Shown: piece by piece, positions 1 through 10,555 of the stretch | How the letters are laid out: every line of letters begins with the position of its first letter | Position numbering within the stretch: position 1 is the stretch's first letter | Assembly: GCA_020184695.1 (NCBI GenBank) | Contig: JAANOX010000253.1 | Span: 62,001 to 126,000 of the forward strand | Length of the DNA stretch: 64,000 nucleotides | DNA from: Histomonas meleagridis 2922-C6/04-290x | Lineage: Eukaryota; Protista; Parabasalia | Direction: 5' to 3' | Notes under the pieces: model-generated | The model's input: the letters and a program-made list of their open reading frames with translations, nothing else | Told to the model about the DNA's origin: nothing | Databases searched by the model: none | Translations under genes and position numbers: made by a program

Positions 1-3000
1 AATAATCAAATTCCAAAAAATATTTTGCCATTTGCTTCAGAATCAGGAAATATTGAACTTGTAAAATATATTTTAGAACAAAAAGGAATCGATGTTAATG
101 CTAAAAATATTCATTTAAATAATTTGGATTATGTTTTAATAATTTAGAATATGTTTTAATCATTTGAAACAGCACTTCATATAGCAGTTAAAAATAATAA
201 TATAGAAATAGTAAAATTACTTTTAGATAAAGGAATTGATGTTAATGCAAAAAATATTCATTTGAATAATTTGGAATATGTTTTAATAATTTTTAATATG
301 TTTTAATAATTTGTAATATGTTTTAATGATTTGAAACAGCACTTCATATAGCAGTTAGAAATAATAATATAGAAATAGTAAAATTACTTTTAGATAAAGG
401 AATTGATGTTAATGCAAAAAATATTCATTTGAATAATTTGGAATATGTTTTAATAATTTGTAATATGTTTTAATCATTTGAAACAGCACTTCATATAGCA
501 GTTAGAAATAATAATATAGAAATAGTAAAATTACTTTTAGATAAAGGAATTGATGTTAATGCAAAATATATTCATTTGAATAATTTGGAATATGTTTTAA
601 TAATTTGGAATATGTTTTAATCATTTGGAACAGCACTTCATATAGCAGTTAGAAATAATAATATAGAAATAGTAAAATTACTTTTAGATAAAGAAGGAAT
701 TGATGTTAATGCAAAAAATATTCATTTGAATAATTTGGAATATGTTTTAATAATTTTATATATGCTTTAATAACTTAAAATATGTTTTAATCATTTGAAA
801 CAGCACTTCATATAGCAGTTAGAAATAATAATATAGAAATAGTAAAATTACTTTTAGATAAAGGAATTGATGTTAATGCAAAATATATTCATTTGAATAA
901 TTTGGATTATGTTTTAATAATTTAGAATATGTTTTAATCATTTGAAACAGCACTTCATATAGCAGTTAGAAATAATAATATAGAAATAGTAAAATTACTT
1001 TTAGATAAAGGAATTGATGTTAATGCAAAAAATATTCATTTGAATAATTTGGAATATGTTTTAATAATTTTTAATATGTTTTAATAATTTGTAATATGTT
1101 TTAATCATTTGAAACAGCACTTCATATAGCAGTTAAAAATAATAATATAGAAATAGTAAAATTACTTTTAGATAAAGGAATTGATGTTAATGCAAAAAAT
1201 ATTCATTTGAATAATTTGTAATATGTTTTAATAATTTGGAATATGTTTTAATCATTTGGAACAGCACTTCATATAGCAGTTAAAAATAATAATATAGAAA
1301 TAGTAAAATTACTTTTAGATAAAGGAATTGATGTTAATGCAAAATATATTCATTTGAATAATTTGGAATATGTTTTAATGATTTGAAACAGCACTTCATA
1401 TAGCAGTTAAAAATAATAATATAGAAATAGTAAAATTACTTTTAGATAAAGGAATTGATGTTAATGCAAAATATATTCATTTGAATAATTTGGAATATGT
1501 TTTAATAATTTGTAATATGTTTTAATCATTTGAAACAGCACTTCATATAGCAGTTAGAAATAATAATATAGAAATAGTAAAATTACTTTTAGATAAAGGA
1601 ATTGATGTTAATGCAAAAAATATTCATTTGAATAATTTGTAATATGTTTTAATAATTTGGAATATGTTTTAATCATTTGGAACAGCACTTCATATAGCAG
1701 TTAAAAAAATAATAATATAGAAATAGTAAAATTACTTTTAGATAAAGGAATTGATGTTAATGCAAAAAATATGTTTTAATAATTTGTAATATGTTTTAAT
1801 CATTTGAAACAGCACTTCATATAGCAGTTAGAAATAATAATATAGAAATAGTAAAATTACTTTTAGATAAAGGAATTGATGTTAATGCAAAAAATATTCA
1901 TTTGAATAATTTGGAATATGTTTTAATAATTTGGAATATGTTTTAATCATTTGGAACAGCACTTCATATAGCAGTTAAAAATAATAATATAGAAATAGTA
2001 AAATTACTTTTAGATAAAGGAATTGATGTTAATGCAAAAAATATTCATTTGAATAATTTGGAATATGTTTTAATAATTTGTAATATGTTTTAATCATTTG
2101 AAACAGCACTTCATATAGCAGTTAGAAATAATAATATAGAAATAGTAAAATTACTTTTTAGATAAAGGAATTGATGTTAATGCAAAAAAATATTCATTTG
2201 AATAATTTGTAATATGTTTTTAATAATTTGGAATATGTTTTTAATCATTTGGAACAGCACTTCATATAGCAGTTAAAAAAATAATAATATAGAAATAGTA
2301 AAATTACTTTTTAGATAAAGGAATTGATGTTAATGCAAAAATATATTCATTTGAATAATTTTGGAATATGTTTTAATAATTTGTAATATGTTTTTAATCA
2401 TTTGAAACAGCACTTCATATAGCAGTTAAAAATAATAATATAGAAATAGTAAAATTACTTTTAGATAAAGGAATTGATGTTAATGCAAAAAATATTCATT
2501 TGAATAATTTGTAATATGTTTTAATAATTTGGAATATGTTTTAATCATTTGGAACAGCACTTCATATAGCAGTTAAAAATAATAATATAGAAATAGTAAA
2601 ATTACTTTTAGATAAAGGAATTGATGTTAATGCAAAAATATTCATTTGAATAATTTGGAATATGTTTTAATAATTTGTAATATGTTTTAATCATTTGAAA
2701 CAGCACTTCATATAGCAGTTAGAAATAATAATATAGAAATAGTAAAATTACTTTTTAGATAAAAGGAATTGATGTTAATTCAAATATATTCATTTGAATA
2801 ATTTGGAATATGTTTTAATAATTTGGAATATGTTTTAATCATTTGGAACAGCACTTCATATAGCAGTTAAAAATAATAATATAGAAATAGTAAAATTACT
2901 TTTAGATAAAGGAATTGATGTTAATGCAAAAAATATTCATTTGAATAATTTGGAATATGTTTTAATAATTTGTAATATGTTTTAATCATTTGAAACAGCA

Positions 3001-3671
3001 CTTCATATAGCAGTTAGAAATAATAATATAGAAATAGTAAAATTACTTTTAGATAAAGGAATTGATGTTAATGCAAAAAATATTCATTTGAATAATTTGG
3101 AATATGTTTTAATAATTTGGAATATGTTTTAATCATTTGGAACAGCACTTCATATAGCAGTTAAAAATAATAATATAGAAATAGTAAAATTACTTTTAGA
3201 TAAAGGAATTGATGTTAATGCAAAATATATTCATTTGAATAATTTGTAATATGTTTTAATAATTTGGAATATGTTTTAATCATTTGAAACAGCACTTCAT
3301 ATAGCAGTTAAAAATAATAATATAGAAATGGTAAAATTACTTTTAGATAAAGGAATTGATGTTAATGCAAAATATATTCATTTGAATAATTTGTAATATG
3401 TTTTAATAATTTGGAATATGTTTTAATGATTTGAAACAGCACTTCATATAGCAGTTAAAAATAATAATATAGAAATAGTAAAATTACTTTTAGATAAAGG
3501 AATTGATGTTAATGCAATAAATATTCATTTGAATAATTTGGAATATGTTTTAATCATTTGTAATATGTTTTAATAATTTGTAATATGTTTTAATGATTTG
3601 AAACAGCACTTCAAATTGCACAACAAAAAGGTTACACAGAAATAGCAAATTTACTTCGTGAAAAATTCTAA
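1..3671 (+). CDS. 3' part of an ankyrin-repeat gene (5' end outside the window); 24 ankyrin modules, each preceded by a non-coding spacer
   Basis: Frame 1 from base 1 reads NNQIPKNILPFASESGNIELVKYILEQKGIDVNAKNI. It is followed by 96-nt modules F(E/G)TALHIAV(K/R)NNNIEIVKLLLDKGIDVNAK(N/Y)I and a terminal module FETALQIAQQKGYTEIANLLREKF with TAA at 3669-3671. The ORF track misses it because every spacer contains a stop or shifts frame. Homopolymer indels affect several modules at 1676-2790. Confidence 0.8.
112..3596 (+). repeat. Tandem array of 96-nt ankyrin module plus 31/51/71-nt spacer (dominant period 147 bp)
   Basis: 24 spacers with the structure CATTTG + n x AATAATTTG(G/T)AATATGTTTT + AAT(C/G)A. 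Counted lengths: 51 x16, 71 x4, 31 x1, 53 x2 (extra T in homopolymers), 29 x1. Confidence 0.95.
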
Positions 3672-4440
3672 TTCAAAATCTTCTTCAATATACACCAAAT
3701 CTTCATTTTCGATTATAAATTAAATCGAAGTAGAAAACATATTTTTAATCGAGACTCAAGCTTTTGAAATACAAGAAAAGTGACAATTGTACCAGGTCTA
3801 ATAATTGTTGAAGAATAAAAATAAATTATTATATCAATTTATGTGTTTGATAAGGTCATTGAGGAAAATCACATTTCAAGACGAATTTGATATTAATAAA
3901 TATATTTTGTTTTCAGATATTCATATAAAATAAAAGATATAAATTTTCCGAAATTATCAACTTTTTCCGGATTAACTTTTTTTCTTAGAAGTTCCCTATT
4001 TTAAAAATAAATTTCATATAAAAAAAATAGGCAAATCTTCTTATAATACAAAAACTTTTTGATAGATGACGAACAAAACAACACAAACGGCTTGTATCGT
4101 CCTTAAACGTTTTTTTGAAAGAAAAATCGCCAAGGAAAGTGGTATATATTCATGAAGAATTAGATAAATTATTATCATCACACAGAATGACAAATAATTT
4201 TTCGAAAATTTCGTTATCAAATAAGTCGAAAGCACAAATGAATTCGAATTAAATACAAAAAGCACATGAGTGATGAATCGTGACTAAGGATAATAGAAAT
4301 GATAATTATCAAGACCAATAGAATTAGATAAATTTAATTATTCATAATTTAATAAATTCAATTTTAAAAAATAATGAAAGTTACCGAAGAATTCAATGAT
4401 TGAAAACGGTTTGGCTACAATATGAAAAAAAAATTATTGT

Positions 4441-5040
4441 TTATAGGAGGGCCTTAAAGTAATTATCCCATTCTTCTTGTGTTTGTTCTGCATTTAATTC
4501 AGTTTCAACGCCATTAACATAAACAGTTGGTGTGCCAGAGACTGAATGAGATGCAGCAAACTTAAACTCGATTCGAGCTGCCATTGAAATATCTGCTTTG
4601 TTGTACTCTGTGAGGAATGTTTGAGTATTAATGAGGAGCTTTTCTTGAACATATTTTGAGACCAACTCAAGAACATCTCTTTCTCCAAACCCTTTCATTG
4701 GATCATTTTGGAACTGATCAATATCACCAGCATAGAGGAGTTCCAAAAATTTGTTTCCTGTGCCTTCATTAAGTGAATTGCATGCAAGAATAGAACGTGT
4801 GATAACAAATGCCCAAGTATGATATGGCAGTGGTAACATGTGAACGATAACATTGATTTGTTGTGAATATGTGTTAAGGATGTATTGAATTCTAGGCCAA
4901 ATTGCTTGACAATCAGGACATAATGGATCAGCAAATAGTTCTACTGTGATGATAGGATTATTTGTACCCCAACGCAATCCAGGATATCTTTTTGGAACAG
5001 GCATCAGGGAGAGTACTGCAGGTGCAAAAAGAAAGAACAT
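4441..5040 (-). CDS. Secreted DsbA/thioredoxin-fold oxidoreductase
   Basis: Signal-peptide-like MFFLFAPAVLSL from the ATG at 5040; FADPLCPDC (CxxC) motif; C-terminal VSGTPTVYVNG cis-Pro loop. Confidence 0.8.
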   Translation of the reverse strand: MFFLFAPAVLSLMPVPKRYPGLRWGTNNPIITVELFADPLCPDCQAIWPRIQYILNTYSQQINVIVHMLPLPYHTWAFVITRSILACNSLNEGTGNKFLELLYAGDIDQFQNDPMKGFGERDVLELVSKYVQEKLLINTQTFLTEYNKADISMAARIEFKFAASHSVSGTPTVYVNGVETELNAEQTQEEWDNYFKALL

Positions 5041-5339
5041 TTCGGAATTTTGACATTTTTCAAGACTCAAACGGGCGCACACAAAAACTGGAAAAATCGT
5101 TCCATTAACGTTTTCTGAAATTTAACATTAATACAATTTTCTTTGTGTAAAGTCTGGTATAAAAACTGTGTTTCACATATAAATTTTTTATTAAAAAAAT
5201 TTTTAATAAATTTAATTATTATTTAACAAAAACTATTTAAAAAAGAATCAAGTTCATCCAGAACATTCAGAACAAATAATCTGATCAAATTTGATTGTGC
5301 ATGCAACTTTATATTATGGCTTAACATTACTGAACTAGA

Positions 5340-5500
5340 ATTGATGCTAATGCAACAAATATTCACTTGAATAATTTGGAATATGTTTTAATATTATTAT
5401 ACAGCAATTCAAATCGCACAACAATAATGTTATAATATAATAGAAACTTTACTTCATAAAAAAGGTGCTAAAGAAAATACTAATTCAGAATCTTCTTCTA
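5340..5500 (+). pseudogene. Relic of an ankyrin-gene 3' end with one 31-nt spacer
   Basis: IDANATNI, then spacer 5364-5394 (CACTTG AATAATTTGGAATATGTTTT AATAT), then YYTAIQIAQQ-stop. Matches the terminal module and 3' flank of the array at 3597-3690. Confidence 0.75.
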
Positions 5501-7485
5501 TGAATGATATTTCTTAGCTTTCGATAACTAATGAAAGGAGTTTTACAGATGAACAAAACCAACTCCAATTTCAAGTGTATAAAGAAGACAATAAAAAGAA
5601 AAATAACAAACCAAAAATTAACATCAGCACACAAACTTATGAAAATCATCAAAGTCACAAAATACTTTGTATAATTTTACTTTTAAAGAAACATGCTCAT
5701 GGAAGTACATTTAAAAATGTTATAAAGTGACTTGTAAAAAATATCAACCAAAATGACAACATGACTCTGGATAATTTGTTGTTTTATAATATCAGTGATA
5801 ATTGCTATAATTATATTCGATACCTGCAATTATGCTAAAGATGTTTTAAAAATCTTCAAAATAAAATTCTAATTTTGATGAAAAAATGCGATTCTCAGAA
5901 TGATTATTTCGATGTTTTTCAAAAAATTATATGGTGAATAAAAATTTATCAATTTTAATATATTCTATTACATGATTTTCATCTTTGTTTGGCGTTTATT
6001 AAGAGAACCATATTACATACGTCATAAAGAGAAAGGGGTTGATTCTAATGCTGTTTTGCTGCGAGGATGGGACTCAAAGTCTATTCACAAATCTGTCATT
6101 TCAAATGATTTTTTAAAAGGCTAATTTCAATAGAAAAATTATAATGCAGTACTATGTAGTAATGAAGCGTTACACTTCGGATTGGGTACAATAGAAAAAA
6201 AGATCATCAAACAGGGATTGACTATGTGAAACATCATAAGATTACCTCTAATCCTTTCGCGAATGATAAAAGTGAAATTGACTCAAGTTCATTTGACGCC
6301 ATCCAAGGCACCATATGGGTACGGGTGGTACAATCTGACTCTTCAAAAATAATTTCAAAATATTTGCATGAAAAAAATATGTTTAAATGATATTTTATGA
6401 AGGATTTATTAGTGAAGTTTGAATAAAAATATGTTTGAGCTAATATTTTTTTTTTAGAAGTAAGCATATTAACAAAGAGCTGGAAGTACTAATTGAAGGC
6501 TTAGTAGCAAAAATATTTTGTGCTTTTACTGCTTGGATTATGATATTAAACAAGTGAAAAGTTACATAAAATACATTCTCAATAATAGTCATAAAGCATT
6601 CCAAATTTATTTAATGGAATCTTTTGAAATAAAATATGGGAAATACTAAGTATGAATTACATTTAACAAGACGTAAATCAATTAAATTGTTCAAGAAGAA
6701 TACCAAGAAAATAATTTGATTCTTATGATATTTTATTAAGAACAAAATGCCTTAAAATTTCAAATATCTTGAATTTAATGTTGTTTTTTTCTTCATATCT
6801 TTCAATTTCTTTCATAAAATTTAGATTAATATCATTTTGCAAAATTATACAAGCATGCCATTTGACTATATTTCACGAAATGGAATTTGAATAATCATTA
6901 TTAAATATTTCAAATATCAAATGTAACGATTGAAAAAAAAATTCCATATTTAAAATAAACATTACTTGATAAATCAACTGAAGAATTTCCCATTCATATT
7001 TATATGTCCCATTTTGATTGTTTATGAAGAAAATGAAGTTGTAATTGAATTCCTCAACCGCTAAAATTGGTACAGAAAAGACGCTTTCAACCAAATAAAC
7101 GGTCGTTTCAAATCAGAAAATCAATTTTTTTCATTTTCCACTGAACTAAATTCAAAGAAATATAAATAAATAAGTATACACATTCTAATCAATAAAATTA
7201 TCTTAACCAAATTTTGTTATCTTATTTTTTTATGAGCAATCTCCAAAATTTCAAAATGCTTTTTTGGGCTACAGAATTAAATACAGAAGTTCAAATTCAA
7301 AATATATATAGAACTAATAATGGTCAATATTAATTTATATAATTTTTTTTAGTTTTCATTCCGTTTTTAAGTTATACAAGATTTTCAATATCTATAGACA
7401 AGAGCAAAAATTCAAAAATCTGTCTTTGCAATTTTTTATAATTTATTAGTTCTATAAATAGTATGATTCTTGAAACAATTTATTC

Positions 7486-7670
7486 ATTATTGGAGGCTCT
7501 GGACAAAGAAGAAAAAATAACTTTTTGAATTCATTTTGCGGTTACAAATCCATCAAGATTCGTTCCTCCACGAGTGAGCGATAGTCACAACAAGGAATCA
7601 CAAAATTAAACAGAAGATAAAAATATTTTAAACATTTTTTCAACAATACTTGTATATACTGGTTTAGATG
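7486..7670 (+). pseudogene. Possible decayed P-loop GTPase fragment
   Basis: IIGGSGQRRKNNFLNSFCG resembles a G1 motif (GxSGxGKSxFLN). Downstream ILVYTGLD resembles G3 (DTxG). In-frame stop present, no start codon. Confidence 0.3.
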
Positions 7671-8266
7671 TGGTTAATTGGTACATCCAGTCTTTGCTTA
7701 GATGACCGTTTGTGTATTGTATCGTACACAAATTTAAATAGAAAGTGACTAAATTCAAAGTAAAAATTAAAAAAATGATTATATCTTCATAAAAATTTGT
7801 CTACTGTCCTTATATGTTAAAATCTGAAATGTATTAAATACATTACAAATAATTATAAAATTAAAAAGAAATCTATAAGAGGGAAAGTTGGTTGACAGTG
7901 TCTTGTACAGAATCACCTCTCAAAATCAAAATAATTTTTTTACCCATGGTTTTATCATGATTTTTTTTTTATGTAGCTTTCATAAAAAATGGCTTTGGAA
8001 TCGAAAATTTATTCAAGTTGAATATTGTTAACTAGTTTTGATCTATATATTAACATTTCTGAATGTAGGGTTAGATTTTTTCTAATGTCTTCCTTCTTGT
8101 TTCTGTTTCATGCCATTTATTTGCTTTTACTTGTTTCTCGAGATGAAAAATTTGTAATTTTTGTTAGAAATTTAATTTAAAAAAAGGAGTCAACCAAATT
8201 TAAGCTTTCATTTAGAATTAAAATGACAAAATTAATTCAGAGAAATTAAAACTGTCAAAAATTAGA

Positions 8267-8983
8267 ATGACCGAGCAAACAGAAGCAAACGATTTATGGG
8301 CTGCTTACAGAAGTTTAATAGAAGAAATTCCCCAAACTGGTAGTGGTCCATCATGTCCACCATGTCGTCGAACATTTCAAACAGTAGCAACAATTGAAGC
8401 ATCTGATTCTGATGATGAAGAAATTATGTTAAAAATAGATGAACTAAATCGCATGCAAAATGATGACACTAAAAGTCAACGGTCTGCACATGAAATTCCG
8501 TTAGAGCAAATTGAAGTTGGTCCTATTCCTGCAATAATTCCAGAAGAAGCGGCAATTCTTCCTGTTGCTATAGTACATCATTTTTCAGGTCACTTTAGTG
8601 TTGCTGATACAATTGGTAGGCCTGTTGCTCCAGGATCACTTCTTGCTGATGAAAACAGAAATCCAATAACAAGAGTAATTGACTTATTTGGGCCAGTCGA
8701 AAACCCAAAGATGATACTCAAAGGTCAGATCCCAGTTGGCACTGAGCTATTTGCCGTTGAAGGTGATGCAGATTTTCCAGATCCAGATGAAATCGAGAGA
8801 AAATATCCAGGTTGTGATGCATCAAATAGGTACGACGAAGCTGTTGAGAATCAGGATTTCAGTGATGATGAAGAAGAAAGGAATTACAGAAAAATGAAAA
8901 GACTTCAAACAAAGAAATCAGCTTTCGATCCATGTGATGAATATGAGCTAAACTACCAAAATATGCGTGACTATGAAAAGTAG
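8267..8983 (+). CDS. NAF1: H/ACA RNP assembly factor Naf1-like (Gar1/Naf1 domain)
   Basis: RVIDLFGPVENP Gar1/Naf1 core followed by the Naf1-typical GCDASNRYDE...DFSDDEEE segment. Confidence 0.8.
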   Translation: MTEQTEANDLWAAYRSLIEEIPQTGSGPSCPPCRRTFQTVATIEASDSDDEEIMLKIDELNRMQNDDTKSQRSAHEIPLEQIEVGPIPAIIPEEAAILPVAIVHHFSGHFSVADTIGRPVAPGSLLADENRNPITRVIDLFGPVENPKMILKGQIPVGTELFAVEGDADFPDPDEIERKYPGCDASNRYDEAVENQDFSDDEEERNYRKMKRLQTKKSAFDPCDEYELNYQNMRDYEK

Positions 8984-9136
8984 TGTATATGTTTTTTTGT
9001 TCATTTTCTTTAGATAAATATAAATGCATTATTTTTTTACATTTGAAAGTAATTAGTCATATGTGAAGCCTATTAATTGGAGACTATAAAATGGCAAACA
9101 CATTTTCAATTCGAGGAAATTAACAGAACATTTTTA

Positions 9137-10202
9137 GGAATTGACAATGTATGTTCGAATGTATAAACGTCCCCCAAATGTGGAAAAGAATATCGAAACA
9201 TCTTGAAGAATCACGAATCTTTCAACTTCCGACTAAACCTTATTTAGAATTTAAATTTCAGAATGAACATTATTATTTGTCAAGTCGTTTATTTTATCCA
9301 TTTTCAATTGACTTTTCAGGTGATTATTCACCAAGACATCTTAAAAAAATATTCGACGAAATTCACGTCTTTCACCACAAACACCTTTTCATATTGAATT
9401 ATCGAGTGATAAATATTTTTGTAGTTGTTTTCGTTATAAATTTCCTTCAAGTTTTAAATATCTTCCCAGTTTTTTTCATGATACATATTTATCAAGTACT
9501 TTTGTTATTGAATCAGGAAGTATTTCTAGTATATTTAAAATTGAAAGTAATAAAAAATTTATTAGTTCTTTATCTTTTAAATCCACTTTCAGCAAGTTTA
9601 TCAATTTATTTTGAACATTTTGGTCTTGAATATTTACACGATTTTGACGAAGAACAAATGTCAATTTCATTTTTTTATATCAACGTTATTTCAAACGAAC
9701 ATCAATTACAATTTTAAGTTCTATTTATGGTAATTTCAGTACATTAATTACTACGGAATTAAAACGTATTCGCGTGACAAGTTTTCTTGAAATGAATCTT
9801 TATACATTAGGAAGTTCGAGTACGATTGGATTTTCAATTCCATTTTGGAACACATTTTGTTAATATAAGTTTTTGTCAACCGAAATTTTCATTAACGATT
9901 GAAATGTCAATTAACAATATTAACGAAAATCAAAGATAAAATGCCAAATATACAGGAAGCAACAAAATGAAACAAAATAAATAAAGAACACAAGGTGACG
10001 AAACGCGGAATTTCTATTTATCTTCCTCTTAATTTTCATTGGAAACAAAAATAAAAACATAACGAATATTCATTTAATATAAATAAATTATATAATAATG
10101 ACAATTTTTTTTAAATAATATTTTGTAAGAATGATTCAAACTTCATGTCACTATGTTTAAAAAATACTTAAGTTAACAATAATTACTTTTTAAATGTTCT
10201 TT
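9137..10202 (+). repeat. Left inverted arm
   Basis: Reverse complement of 12572-13629 apart from a few homopolymer indels and a small substitution cluster near 9925-9970. Confidence 0.95.
9151..10054 (+). pseudogene. Frameshifted copy of the 298-aa ORF at 12719-13615
   Basis: Same start (MFECINVPQMWKRISK) and same end (NFHWKQK-stop at 10052-10054). Has +1/+2 insertions in A/T runs (e.g. near 9343 and 9671), which may be consensus errors. Confidence 0.6.
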
Positions 10203-10555
10203 TTTCGCTGTTAAATATATTAAATTGAAGCACAAGATTCATAATCAATAACAAGGTCATTAGCAAATAAAATATAACAATTTGAAATTAATGTGACATT
10301 TGGCTTGTTTAATCTTCGAAATAAATTATGCCTTTTTCTTCATATTTGTTCGATATTCAAAACACACTTTATCCTTTTTAAAACGAATAAATTTGGTTGA
10401 TTTAAAAATGGTTTATATATAACTTTAGTGTCTATCTTGAAAATTTTTTTGCATTACAAAGTTCATTGTCCACTATTTTTTTATGAAGTAAACTATTTAA
10501 AATATTAACGGGCTACAATTTAAAGCAAAGACTGTCAAATAAGAAAAAAAATCAA

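Noticed and set aside
158-166. Inr-like TCATTT at both ends of array spacers (modules as mini-genes)
   Set aside because: No ATG follows in the module frame, and the motif is not kept in the 36661 locus.
1676-2800. Programmed frameshifts within ankyrin modules
   Set aside because: All are +/-1-2 changes in A/T homopolymers, clustered in one stretch, typical of long-read consensus error. Real decay cannot be excluded without reads.
112-3596. CRISPR-like repeat-spacer appearance
   Set aside because: The repeats are 96-nt protein-coding ankyrin modules, the spacers are near-identical to each other, there are no cas genes, and the context is eukaryotic.
4041-4265. This and most other 60-150 aa ORF-track entries overlapping real genes or using non-ATG starts
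   Set aside because: F/L/I/K-biased compositional ORFs without motifs, or antisense shadows of supported genes.
5990-6480. GC-richer ORF-like debris (VLLRGWD, PYGYGWY)
   Set aside because: Multiple stops and no recognisable family; cannot assign without a search.
8267-8983. Functional linkage of NAF1 with the dyskerin fragment
   Set aside because: They are 43 kb apart and the dyskerin piece is a non-functional fragment; coincidence is sufficient.
9149-9154. GTATGT 5' splice site near the element terminus
   Set aside because: No downstream ACTAAC..AG 3' signal.
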